From Myxococcota bacterium (GTDB lineage Bacteria > Myxococcota_A > UBA796 > GCA-2862545), in assembly GCA_039208735.1 (NCBI GenBank), contig JBCCQY010000036.1, positions 1-64,000 on the forward strand: a DNA stretch of 64,000 nucleotides, given 5' to 3'. The stretch's first letter is position 1. Each line of letters starts with the position of its first letter. The notes under the pieces were generated by a model. The model did no database searches. It was given only the letters and a program-made list of their open reading frames with translations, and was not told the DNA's origin. The position numbers were made by a program, and so were the translations under genes. Shown in pieces: positions 37,712 to 48,775 of the stretch.

Positions 37712-39465
37712 CCTGCGGCCAACGTCGAAAGGAACGCAATGGCGACCAAGCCTGCGGCCTTCAGCACGGCCCAAATCGGCACCACGTCCTCAATACGGAC
37801 GCTGAACAATCCCGCGAGAACGAGGCATCCCAACAGCAGGCCAAAGCCAAAGCTGGTCCCAAAGCCAAGTCCGTACCCCACGAGTCGTCGGAGATTCCGG
37901 GGCTTGTAGCGGACGCGCGTGGGTCCATCGTCCATCGGGGAAATCTGAAGCGCGGGCTGGCGTCGAGTTTGCGTGCGAAGCGGTTCTTCGGGGCCGGCGG
38001 GGCGTCGGACCATGGGAACAGGGGTCGGCGTCGGGGGCTGGAGTTGCTCCACGAACCCGCGAATCGTTTCCATGTCGCGAAACCGGTCTTCCGGCCGTTT
38101 CGCGAGGCAGCGGCTGATGAGGTGCGCGATGGCACGGAACTCGGGAGCCGCCGTGGGCAGCACCTGGTGCAGGTCCGTGGGCGTGTCGTTGACGTGGGCG
38201 TAGACGAGCTGTGTGATGGTCGGACGTTCGATGGGGAACGCACCCGTCAACAGATGGAACGCAAGCACCCCAAACGCATACTGGTCGGTCTTGGTGGTGA
38301 TCGGACCGCCCGTGATCTGTTCGGGCGCCATGTAGTGCGGGCTTCCCAACAACGTACTTCGACTGGTGAGTTCCCTCGAATCTGCGAGGTCCTTGCCCAC
38401 GCCAAAGTCGATGATGCGGACGTGCTCCCGACACCCGGGCTCCCAAGTGACCATCAAGTTCGAGGCCTTGATGTCGCGATGCACGATGCCTTGGCGGTGG
38501 CACTCCGAGAGGCCTGATGCAATCTGTCGCAACAGTTCGACAGTGCGAGGCAGGCTCAAGGGCCCTTCGTCATCCAGCAGTTGGGCCAAGGTTCGACCCG
38601 CAATCCACTCCATCACCACGTAGAGTTGCGTTCCCGACAGGCCATAGTCGTAGACATCGACCACATGGGGGCTTGACACCCTTGCGAGTAGGACCGCCTC
38701 GCGATGAAAGCGCGCCACCCTGGCGTCTCGGTCGCCGTGGTGCGGGGCCGTTTCAAGGGTCTTGACCGCGACGGACAGCCCGATGTCGACGCGATGCGCG
38801 CGGAACACGGTCGCGTGGGGGTGGCTCGAAATGACCTCGTCGACCTGATATCGCTCGGCCAAACTGTCCTGCAGCGGACGTTGGGGAACGGACGCGTTCA
38901 TGTGACGGGCCTTTGTCGTCTCGTCGCTCGAGGGTTCGTTGCCGGTACCCCAAGTTTGCAAGTCCACCAGCACCTCGGCGCGGGATGTCGTCGGCAGGGC
39001 AATGTCGTCGAGTTCGGCAATCCAAGCCAGCACGCTTCGCCGGATGCGGTCGGTCACGAACAGGTATTGCTGGTCGAGTTGGTCCAACATGAACACCATG
39101 TCCGCGCCGTTGCAGGCCGCATTGTGGAGCCGTTCGACGAAAGTCGGCTCTCGGAGGGCGCGTTGAGTGTCATGTAGGACTTCACCCAGCGAGCGCGCCA
39201 GGCGATCGCGAAGGGCCGAAAAGTCACCGCTCGCGATCTCGGGGTGATCCTGTGGCGCGGTTGCGGTCAGCCAGTGCAGCAGAGACTTCAATTCCGCAGC
39301 GAGGAGTTCCTCGATTTCGGACAGCAGGGCTGCAACAGGCGGAGTGGAGGAATGAGCAAGATTTTCGGCTATGCGGAACGCGTGCACAACCAAGACTCGC
39401 TCAAGCCCATTCACCCGTTCATCGAGCGACGAACTCGACGGTGCGCCGGATCGAAGGGAAGCCAA
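37708..39465 (-). CDS. Ser/Thr protein kinase with N-terminal helical domain and C-terminal TM segments
   Basis: VAVK, RFHREA, HRDIKASN, DFG, GSPHYMAPEQ, DQYAFG. Start uncertain. Confidence 0.9.
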   Translation of the reverse strand: MASLRSGAPSSSSLDERVNGLERVLVVHAFRIAENLAHSSTPPVAALLSEIEELLAAELKSLLHWLTATAPQDHPEIASGDFSALRDRLARSLGEVLHDTQRALREPTFVERLHNAACNGADMVFMLDQLDQQYLFVTDRIRRSVLAWIAELDDIALPTTSRAEVLVDLQTWGTGNEPSSDETTKARHMNASVPQRPLQDSLAERYQVDEVISSHPHATVFRAHRVDIGLSVAVKTLETAPHHGDRDARVARFHREAVLLARVSSPHVVDVYDYGLSGTQLYVVMEWIAGRTLAQLLDDEGPLSLPRTVELLRQIASGLSECHRQGIVHRDIKASNLMVTWEPGCREHVRIIDFGVGKDLADSRELTSRSTLLGSPHYMAPEQITGGPITTKTDQYAFGVLAFHLLTGAFPIERPTITQLVYAHVNDTPTDLHQVLPTAAPEFRAIAHLISRCLAKRPEDRFRDMETIRGFVEQLQPPTPTPVPMVRRPAGPEEPLRTQTRRQPALQISPMDDGPTRVRYKPRNLRRLVGYGLGFGTSFGFGLLLGCLVLAGLFSVRIEDVVPIWAVLKAAGLVAIAFLSTLAAG

Positions 39466-39620
39466 AGATGTGGCAATCCGGGTGTCGATGATTCTCCCCC
39501 CGTCGCGGGCGCGATAAGCATACGACCGACCATTGGCGAAAACGCCTGGACCCGCCCTTCATTGACACGGGATGAGAGCTCTGGCATACCGAAACGTCCC
39601 CTGCGTGGAGCAGCCAACCC

Positions 39621-41564
39621 ATGCCTGACCAGGAACTTGTTGGCGACTCGACAAACGAGTCTGCATCGGCTCTCCCTGGGTACTCGGAGGATCGCGTTCG
39701 CTCGCTTCAGCGCGCCTTGGCGCTGCAGGTCTTCCGAACCTCGGAGGCTGTCTGCCAGACGCCGTTAGCTTCGAGCGACCCCAACGACGAAGACGTACTC
39801 AAACAGCTCCCTGATTTCTTGGAGCGGGAACTCCGACGCCTCAACCGCGTCCTGACTGCCGAGGCCGTACGGGATCACCCCCAAGCGTTGGCGGCGAGGG
39901 AGACCTTCGACAAGCTTCGAGAGGAGCTGGTTGCTTGCGTCAATGAGGTTGTCGGAACTGCAAAAATGGCGATCCATGAGCAGGCACTCCGTCGCGATCT
40001 GGTCGAGATTCGCCGAGACGGCAACAAGCCGACCGAAGTGGCCCGTCGCTTGGCCGTGACGATGAACTTCGTCGCGCCTCAGGTTCGCGCCATGATGGAA
40101 GCCTGGTACGAAGCCCTCGATGCCGAGCTGGGACCAGGTTCCGAGCCCACCGTGATGATGAGCCGGTCGCGCGACCCCCGGCTTGCGGCGCTGCAGGGCA
40201 AAAAGCCGGTCGTGAATGCCGAGCCGACGGTCGCGATGGCCTCCAAGCCGAAGGCACCCGTCGAGGCCACGGCAACCATCGTAGCGCCGTTGTTTGCCCT
40301 CGAAGACGACTGGGGCACGCCTGCCCCCTCGCTTCCCGGGCCGGGCAAGGTGATCGCCAACCGCTATCGCATCGTTCGTATTGTAGCGCGAACTTCGCAA
40401 AGCACGGTCTACGAGGCTCGGCATACCGGCACGGGAGGGGCGGTCGCGCTGAAGCTGCTGATGTACGAAGCGGATGAACCGGAAGGCAAGCGAAGGCTTT
40501 CGCGATTTCGTCGAGAAGCCGCCATCTTGGGTCGATTGTCCACGCCGCACACCGTGCGAATCTACGACTTTGGTCAGGACGGCTCCACGTTCTTTTTGGC
40601 GATGGAGTGGCTCGATGGCCGAACCCTGGCCGCCCTGCTCGAAGACGAGGGGCCGCTTCCGTTGGGTAAGGTCTTGGACTTCGGCGCCGAGATTGCGCAA
40701 GGGCTTGCCGAGGCCCATCGGCACGGCATTGTTCACCGGGATGTGAAGCCGTCGAACGTGATGGTGACGCGTCGTGAAGGGCGCGTTGGGCTCAAGTTGT
40801 TGGACTTTGGGATTGGCAAGGACATCAGCGCAGATAGCCAACTCACCTTGCACACCGCTCTGATTGGCAGTCCCAATTTCATGGCGCCCGAGCAAATCCG
40901 TGGGCTGCCTGTCGATGGTCGAACCGATCAGTACGGCCTCGGCGTGTTGCTGTTCCATCTGCTGACGGCCCAGTTCCCGTTCGGGAATCGGCCCTTCAGT
41001 CGCACGCTGCTCGCCCATCTGTCGGAACACCCGGCCAGTCTGGTCGATGTGGTGCGCACGCACGTGCCGAGCCTCGTCGGGGCAGCGGTTCCTCCCCGGC
41101 TTGAGGCGCTGTCGAAAGTGGTTGCGCGATGCCTTGAGAAGGAACGAGGCTCTCGCTATCGCGACATGAACGAGGTCGTCGCCATGCTTCGGGAGATCAA
41201 GGACCTCCCTGATGAACCGATCAAGGGCCGCATGCCGGTGGTGACCCACTCGTACCATTCCTTTGGTTCGATGCCGGTACAAGCGTCGCTTCCTCCAGCG
41301 AACCATCACATTCCGTCCTACCATTCCTTTGATTCGTACACGGCGCACGGAATCAACGCCTCGATGCGGTTGCCCCCTGCCCCCTGGCGACGACGGGGCC
41401 CAAGTTTCCTCGAATCCACGCTTCGCTGGGTGGGGTTGTTGACGGTGGGGCTCACCGCGGGAGGCCTTGGCGCGACTCTGCTGATCGCCCTGTTGTTCGT
41501 GGCCTTTCGATTTGGTTACCTGGACTCCCTGCGGAGTTCGGTGGCGTCTTTGCTCGGAACTTGA
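39621..41564 (+). CDS. Ser/Thr protein kinase with N-terminal helical domain and C-terminal TM
   Basis: VALK, RFRREA, HRDVKPSN, DFG, GSPNFMAPEQ, DQYGLG. Confidence 0.92.
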   Translation: MPDQELVGDSTNESASALPGYSEDRVRSLQRALALQVFRTSEAVCQTPLASSDPNDEDVLKQLPDFLERELRRLNRVLTAEAVRDHPQALAARETFDKLREELVACVNEVVGTAKMAIHEQALRRDLVEIRRDGNKPTEVARRLAVTMNFVAPQVRAMMEAWYEALDAELGPGSEPTVMMSRSRDPRLAALQGKKPVVNAEPTVAMASKPKAPVEATATIVAPLFALEDDWGTPAPSLPGPGKVIANRYRIVRIVARTSQSTVYEARHTGTGGAVALKLLMYEADEPEGKRRLSRFRREAAILGRLSTPHTVRIYDFGQDGSTFFLAMEWLDGRTLAALLEDEGPLPLGKVLDFGAEIAQGLAEAHRHGIVHRDVKPSNVMVTRREGRVGLKLLDFGIGKDISADSQLTLHTALIGSPNFMAPEQIRGLPVDGRTDQYGLGVLLFHLLTAQFPFGNRPFSRTLLAHLSEHPASLVDVVRTHVPSLVGAAVPPRLEALSKVVARCLEKERGSRYRDMNEVVAMLREIKDLPDEPIKGRMPVVTHSYHSFGSMPVQASLPPANHHIPSYHSFDSYTAHGINASMRLPPAPWRRRGPSFLESTLRWVGLLTVGLTAGGLGATLLIALLFVAFRFGYLDSLRSSVASLLGT

Positions 41565-42274
41565 CCCCCGGAATGCCCTGGCTCGAGTCGCCCCATGGCG
41601 CACCTGTTGCCCTCCTTTCGCGCACCCTTGTGGGACGTGCGCCGGCGTGCGATCTGAGGTTGGACCATCGGTCCGTCTCCGCCGAGCATGCGGTGATTGC
41701 TTGGTCCGATGGAGCATGGTGGCTGCGGGATCTGGCGAGCCGCAACGGCACCACGGTGGATGGCGTTCGGGTGACATCGGGGGTGCCCGTCGTCCTTCGA
41801 CCGAACCAGGCCCTGCGATTTGGCCTTGATCCAACGCCGTTTGTTGTCGGCGACGTGGATAGCCCTACCGCCGTCACGTCCCTCCCCGCCACGGTGGACG
41901 CGACATTGAGTTCGGCCACGGTGACCTTGCGCTTTCGGGTCTCCAGTGACGAGGAGCACGTGGCCTGGGCGATCGAGTGTGGTCCACGTTCGATTGAGCT
42001 GGGAGACCGTGTCCACACCTATCTGATGCTGACCTTGGCGCGGGCGCGCCTCACGGACGCCGAGGCGCTTCCTCCCCATCGCGGCTGGTGCTACGCCGAC
42101 GTGTTGGCCCGGGGCCTTGGGATCACCCCCGAGATGTTGAAGGTGTACGTCTACCGAGCGCGCCAACAGTTGGTTTCCGCAGGGGTCGTCGGGGGGGCAG
42201 ACCTCGTGGAGCGCCGCGTCGCGACCAACCAGATCCGTCTTGCGACGGACCGAATCGTGATCGATCGGCGCTAA
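41561..42274 (+). CDS. FHA domain protein with C-terminal HTH-like region
   Basis: LVGRAPACDL..VSAEHA..LRDLASRNGT; LARGLGITPEMLKVYVYRARQQL; TTGA overlap with the kinase stop (ATG 41573 is an alternative start). Confidence 0.88.
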   Translation: MTPGMPWLESPHGAPVALLSRTLVGRAPACDLRLDHRSVSAEHAVIAWSDGAWWLRDLASRNGTTVDGVRVTSGVPVVLRPNQALRFGLDPTPFVVGDVDSPTAVTSLPATVDATLSSATVTLRFRVSSDEEHVAWAIECGPRSIELGDRVHTYLMLTLARARLTDAEALPPHRGWCYADVLARGLGITPEMLKVYVYRARQQLVSAGVVGGADLVERRVATNQIRLATDRIVIDRR

Positions 42275-42828
42275 TGCACTTTCGTTGCCGCAAGCGCGGC
42301 CTGCGCGACGTCGTTGAGCACCGCGCGTTCGGCCCCCGCGCGGGCCATGGTGCTGATTCCCATCAGGGCAGCGACCAGCAGCCGCGCGGTCTTCGCCGGA
42401 GTTGGGTGCTTCGGGCCTAGGCACGTGGCAAACGTCCGTTCAAGGAGGTCGAGTTCAGCTCGGACCAACGCACGGCATTCCGGTCCTAAGGCTTCGATTT
42501 CGGCGGCAGACCCAAGCAGTAGGCATCCTCTCCCCGGCGATCCTGGCGTTGCCGGAATCGAACGTTCGATATGCGCTTGGAACCAGGCTTTGATGAGCGT
42601 CGTGGGGCGCTCACGGGCCGCTCGTGCTTTCACCTGGGCTCCGTAGGCGGTCAAGACCTCGAAGAAAAGTCCTTCCTTGCTTCCGAATGCGGCATAGAGG
42701 CTGCCTGGTTTCAGGCCTGTGGCTTCGCTCAAGGCCCGCATCGAAGTGGCCTGGTAGCCGTGCTGCCAGAACACTTGCATTGCGCGGTTGATCACATTGC
42801 CCCGATCGAACGCTGGGGGTCGCGCCAC
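42271..42828 (-). CDS. TetR/AcrR-family transcriptional regulator
   Basis: ARPPAFDR..FWQHGYQATSMRALSEATGLKPGSLYAAFGSKEGLF; RGCLL; GTG start behind GAGGAGGAGG. Confidence 0.92.
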   Translation of the reverse strand: MARPPAFDRGNVINRAMQVFWQHGYQATSMRALSEATGLKPGSLYAAFGSKEGLFFEVLTAYGAQVKARAARERPTTLIKAWFQAHIERSIPATPGSPGRGCLLLGSAAEIEALGPECRALVRAELDLLERTFATCLGPKHPTPAKTARLLVAALMGISTMARAGAERAVLNDVAQAALAATKVH

Positions 42829-42875
42829 GGCCTCCTCCTCGGCCAAACGTATGGCCGGGCGGGCCTGAAGTCGAT

Positions 42876-42895
42876 TCTTGATCGATCGTTCAAGA
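42876..42895. promoter_or_regulatory. Probable TetR operator palindrome
   Basis: TCTTGATCGATCGTTCAAGA, palindromic except one pair, between the divergent TetR and hydrolase genes. Confidence 0.75.
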
Positions 42896-42921
42896 TCTGG
42901 CACGCTGTGCTTGGAGGACTC

Positions 42922-43746
42922 ATGGACTGGACCACACATCAGGTTCGCGCCAACGCACTTCACTTCACCTACCGAGAGATGGGTCAGGGCCCCCTGGCAT
43001 TGTTGCTCCACGGCTTTCCAGACACCCCGCATACCTACGACCACCTCGGTCGGGCCTTGGCCGAAGCGGGCTATCGCGTCGTGGCGCCATTCATGCGTGG
43101 CTACCATCCCACTGAGGCACCCGCGCGCGACACGACGATCGACGATCTGTCGCAGGATGCGTTGGCCCTCATGTCGGCACTAGGGCACGAACGGACCGCG
43201 CTTTTGGTCGGCCATGACTGGGGTGCAGCCACGGTGTTTGCCGTCGCCGGACGGGCCCCCGAACGGGTTGAACGCCTCGTTGCGATCGGCATTCCGCATC
43301 CCGCTACGCTCCGGCCTTCGTTGCGCTTGATCTGGGCCGGACGGCATTTCATCGGCCTACGGTTGCCGGGTGCGGCGGGCTGGTTGAAGAGGGATGGCGT
43401 GGATCGCTTGGTGCGGCGTTGGTCGCCCACATGGGACTTTGGCCCAGAAGAAACGGCTCCAGTCAAGGAGTGCTTCGCCCATCCAGAGAGCTTGCGCGCC
43501 GCGATTGGCTACTACCGCGGTGGGCCTCCGGGCCGCGAGGTGGAAGGGTTTCGGGGCAAGATCTCGGTGCCGACGCTCGCGATTTCGGGCGAAGACGATC
43601 CCGGCGTGACCCCCGACGACTTCGCGTTCGCCCAGCGCAAATTCACAGGCTCCTACAACGTTATCGTCCTGCCCGGAGGGCACTTTGTCCACCGCGAGAG
43701 TCCCGAGGGCACCCGTGAGGCCATCTTGAAGTTCGCGGCTGGCTAA
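42922..43746 (+). CDS. Alpha/beta hydrolase (epoxide hydrolase-like)
   Basis: LLHGFP, GHDWGA nucleophile motif, YYR, GHFVHRE; RBS GGAGG. Confidence 0.92.
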   Translation: MDWTTHQVRANALHFTYREMGQGPLALLLHGFPDTPHTYDHLGRALAEAGYRVVAPFMRGYHPTEAPARDTTIDDLSQDALALMSALGHERTALLVGHDWGAATVFAVAGRAPERVERLVAIGIPHPATLRPSLRLIWAGRHFIGLRLPGAAGWLKRDGVDRLVRRWSPTWDFGPEETAPVKECFAHPESLRAAIGYYRGGPPGREVEGFRGKISVPTLAISGEDDPGVTPDDFAFAQRKFTGSYNVIVLPGGHFVHRESPEGTREAILKFAAG

Positions 43747-45698
43747 GGCTCGAGGAGTCCACCTGCACTGCGGGTGTAGGCGATTTTCAACTCCGTGCCG
43801 ACGATGACCGCGTCGGTTTCGGAGGTCATTGCCACCGCTCGGACGATCCCAAACCCCGACCACTGGCTGGCTTGGGGAGTCCAGGTTTGGCCGCCGTCGA
43901 TCGTGCCGTACATGGGCCCGTTGCCGTCGACCGCGAGTCCGACAAGTGGGCTGCCGAAATGGATGTCGTCAAAAGAGGTTCCGGGCACCACCGTCGTTTC
44001 CCAGGTGAGGCCGCCGTCCGTGGTTCGGAGCACGTCTTGGCTCTTCGTGGCGGCCCATCCGCTCAAGGCATCCGCAAACTGCACACGATGAAAGGCGCGA
44101 GATGAGTCGGTTTCGACCATGGCAAACGACTGTCCGCCATCGGTCGTGCGCGCGAGGTCCCCAAATCCAGCGCCGACCCAGGCCTGATCCGTCCCATGCG
44201 CCCATACGTCGATGAATCCCGCGGTCTCGCCTGGGGTGGTCACCGGCGTCCAGCTCTGGCCTCGATCTTCACTGATCAGGACCAGCTCGATCACCGGAAC
44301 CTCGGGAATCCAACCCACGGCGATGCCTCGGCCGTCGTCCCACAGGGCCACTCCGTTGAGGACCGCCTGGGTGAGCGACGGGGGGAGCGTTGCCGTTGAC
44401 CAGGTTTCTCCCGAGTCCGCGCTGTAAAGGATCGTGGGCACGCGCGCGTTGTCATACCCCGCTGCCACCGCCGTTCCATCGTCTTCGATCCAAACCGCGC
44501 GAAGGTCTGTCGTGGTGCCCGTCGCCGCCTCGGTCCAGGTGACCCCGCCATCGTCGGTCCACAACGCGATGCCATTGAAGCCCGCGGTGATGCCACGGAG
44601 GCCGGCCATTGCAACGTCGAGAAATTGCGTGGCATCGTAAGTCAGCAACTGGGACCAGGCATTTTGGTAGGTTGCGCCTCCATCTGACGACGTATACAGC
44701 GCGCCCCACCAGCCTCCGATGAGGATGCGCTCGCCGCGCTTGGTGAGGGTACGCGCCGACGGGGTAAGCGCGAGCGGTTCGAACGTGAGCTGCCCTCCTG
44801 TCAAGGTACCCAGCCGAAGTTCGCCTTCATCGGCGTACAGTACCAGGCCGTCGCCTTCGGATTCGAACTGCAGGTCCAGCACGGTGTCGACGGACGCCTC
44901 CTGAAGCCAGCCCGAACCATTCCAAACGTGGACTTCGGTACGGGTGGCCATGGCCACACCATCGCCTGCGACCACGGCTTGCTCGATGTCCTCCGAGAAC
45001 GGAGGATTCAGCAAGGTCCACTTCGTGCCGCCGTCCGTCGTCTCGAGCACCAACCCATCGTCGCCACCGACCCAGCCGTGGAGGTCATCGGCGAAGGCGA
45101 CTGCGTTGAGGAAGGTCGAACCTCCCGGGTGGGAGCGTTCTACCCAGGTCTCCCCACCATCGTCGGTCGTGATCAATCGGCCCGTCGTGCCGACCGCGAC
45201 GCCATGCTGGGGGTTGGTGAAGGTCACGTCGTGGAGCGTGTACGGAAAGTCCTTCAGAGAAAGGTCCGTCCAGCTTTCTCCTCCGTCTTGGGTGCGAACC
45301 ACTCGCCCCTGCCGGCCCACGAGCCAGCCCTGTTGGTCGTCGAGGAACGACATGGCACCGTGGTCGCCGTACCCGAGCCCTTGCAGGGCGTACAGGGTGT
45401 GCCAGGTGTTGCCGGCATCGGTTGTTCGCAGCACGCCACCCCCATTGGTCAGCGCAAAGGCGGTGGTGTCGGTGACCCAGCGCACGCGATCGATCGGGCT
45501 GCCCTGGGGTAGCGGATTGGCCCAGGTCCAGTCGCCCAGGGAGGGCGGGGGAGGAGGGGCGACGGTGCCCGTCTCGCCCGTGGGGGTCGCGGTCTCCGTG
45601 ACGGGAATCGTTTTTGTGCCCGAGGGACTAGGGACGTCCAGGGAGTCGTCACCGGCGCAACCCCAGGGAATCAAGACAACGAGAGAAGGGATCAACAT
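43743..45698 (-). CDS. YCF48-like / BNR (Asp-box) repeat beta-propeller lipoprotein
   Basis: Lipobox-like PWGC; more than 10 (S/T)xDGGx(T/S)W repeats; WTWANPLPQG; RBS GGAGG. Confidence 0.85.
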   Translation of the reverse strand: MLIPSLVVLIPWGCAGDDSLDVPSPSGTKTIPVTETATPTGETGTVAPPPPPSLGDWTWANPLPQGSPIDRVRWVTDTTAFALTNGGGVLRTTDAGNTWHTLYALQGLGYGDHGAMSFLDDQQGWLVGRQGRVVRTQDGGESWTDLSLKDFPYTLHDVTFTNPQHGVAVGTTGRLITTDDGGETWVERSHPGGSTFLNAVAFADDLHGWVGGDDGLVLETTDGGTKWTLLNPPFSEDIEQAVVAGDGVAMATRTEVHVWNGSGWLQEASVDTVLDLQFESEGDGLVLYADEGELRLGTLTGGQLTFEPLALTPSARTLTKRGERILIGGWWGALYTSSDGGATYQNAWSQLLTYDATQFLDVAMAGLRGITAGFNGIALWTDDGGVTWTEAATGTTTDLRAVWIEDDGTAVAAGYDNARVPTILYSADSGETWSTATLPPSLTQAVLNGVALWDDGRGIAVGWIPEVPVIELVLISEDRGQSWTPVTTPGETAGFIDVWAHGTDQAWVGAGFGDLARTTDGGQSFAMVETDSSRAFHRVQFADALSGWAATKSQDVLRTTDGGLTWETTVVPGTSFDDIHFGSPLVGLAVDGNGPMYGTIDGGQTWTPQASQWSGFGIVRAVAMTSETDAVIVGTELKIAYTRSAGGLLEP

Positions 45699-45822
45699 GG
45701 CATCCTCCGCGGCGAGCCGACGGATACCCAGCAAGGGCCGTTCCACAGCGAGACCACGATGGAACCCACTTGACCGCGCAGGCGAAGGGAGGTCGCACCG
45801 GGCGCCCGGCGGGCGCCCACGG

Positions 45823-46185
45823 TCAAGGGGTTTGGCGGATGGACGCGAAGACGAGCCGGTCGAAGGTTCGGTCGAGCTTCGTTGACCGGAAGGACTCGAT
45901 CTCGGCGTAGCCACGGTAGGTGACCCGTTCGCCCACGCCAACGTCATCCCCCATCACGACGAACCATCGGTCCGACGGGGCATCCAACTGAAAGTACGTG
46001 TAGGACCCTGTGCGAAGTGTCGACGTGACTTCGCCTTCACCGTCGCTTCGGACACGCGTAGCGCCCACCAACGGGGAGGTGACCACGGCTTGCTCGACCG
46101 TCGTGGGTGTCGCGCAGGACACGGCGACCCCCAAGGTAAACGTGGCCGCAAAGGTCATCGGGACAATGGCCATCGACAGTTGCAT
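45823..46185 (-). CDS. Small exported OB-fold-like protein
   Basis: RBS GGAGG; lipobox-like VAVSC; GSYTYFQL..WFVV..FRSTKLDRTFDRLVF. Confidence 0.65.
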   Translation of the reverse strand: MQLSMAIVPMTFAATFTLGVAVSCATPTTVEQAVVTSPLVGATRVRSDGEGEVTSTLRTGSYTYFQLDAPSDRWFVVMGDDVGVGERVTYRGYAEIESFRSTKLDRTFDRLVFASIRQTP

Positions 46186-46268
46186 GGGTTCCTCCGATGG
46201 CGTTCCTGTAGGAGTGCGGAATCGAATGCGGTACCTTCGATATCGGATGGGTGTGATTCGAAAATGAA

Positions 46269-47945
<1,677 letters not shown>

Positions 47946-47985
47946 GGCGCTACCGTAGTGCGTCCAAGCCAACGCGGGAGCCCCG

Positions 47986-48348
47986 ATGCCCAAAGGTTCG
48001 AAGTATCAAGGTCCACCCGAGGCGTTGGACAAGTACATCGCGGCCATCGAACGCAGTGATTCCGGTGCTGAGGTCAAGGGGGCGAAGAACCCCTACACCT
48101 CCCGCAATGGGCACATGTTCAGCTTTCTCGACGCCGAGGGGACGATGGCCTTGCGGTTGTCGGACGACCTCACGGCGACCTTTCGCGACACCTATGAAAG
48201 CGGCGATGTCATCCAGTACAACTCCACCATGCGCGGCTACTCCTCTGTGCCGGCCGTGCTGCTCGACGACACCGATGCGATCGCGGCGTGGGTTGACCGG
48301 TCGTGGACCTGGATCGGCACTCTGCCGGCCAAACCGACGAAGAAATAG
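47986..48348 (+). CDS. TfoX N-terminal-like small protein
   Basis: KGAKNPYTSRNGHMFSFL..MALRL..MRGY..VP..LPAKPTKK. Confidence 0.7.
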   Translation: MPKGSKYQGPPEALDKYIAAIERSDSGAEVKGAKNPYTSRNGHMFSFLDAEGTMALRLSDDLTATFRDTYESGDVIQYNSTMRGYSSVPAVLLDDTDAIAAWVDRSWTWIGTLPAKPTKK

Positions 48349-48357
48349 GAATTGCCG

Positions 48358-48771
48358 ATGCATCCCGTGGACCGATTTCGTGATGCCTTCGCGCAGTTCG
48401 ACCCTGCCCAGCCCTTTCCCGTAGACGAGGTCTATGCGCCGGACGTGGTCTTCGAGGACCCTGCCCATCGGATGGAGGGGCGAGAGGCGCTTCGTGCGTA
48501 CTTTCATCGGCTAAACCGCAATGTGCGGTCGATTCACTTTGGCTTCGATGATGACCTCCGGGGGGAGGGCCGGGCTGCGTTGTCGTGGACGATGGAGATC
48601 AAGCTGAAGGTAGGGCCACGACGGTCTGTCGTGGTGCCTGGGACGTCCTGGCTTCGCCACGATGAGAGCTTCGTGACGCTCCAACGAGACCACTTCGACC
48701 TCGGCGCGCTGGTCTACGAGCAAGTTCCGGTTGTGGGGTCGGTCATTCGGCTTCTTCGACGAGCACTTTAG
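48358..48771 (+). CDS. SnoaL-like / NTF2 family protein
   Basis: YAPDVVFEDPAH..G..ALRAYF; WTM; QRDHFDLG..VYEQVPVVG. Confidence 0.88.
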   Translation: MHPVDRFRDAFAQFDPAQPFPVDEVYAPDVVFEDPAHRMEGREALRAYFHRLNRNVRSIHFGFDDDLRGEGRAALSWTMEIKLKVGPRRSVVVPGTSWLRHDESFVTLQRDHFDLGALVYEQVPVVGSVIRLLRRAL

Positions 48772-48775
48772 TCCG

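Noticed and set aside
39765..41834. 689-aa minus-strand ORF
   Set aside because: Antisense shadow of the kinase and FHA genes, typical of high-GC DNA.
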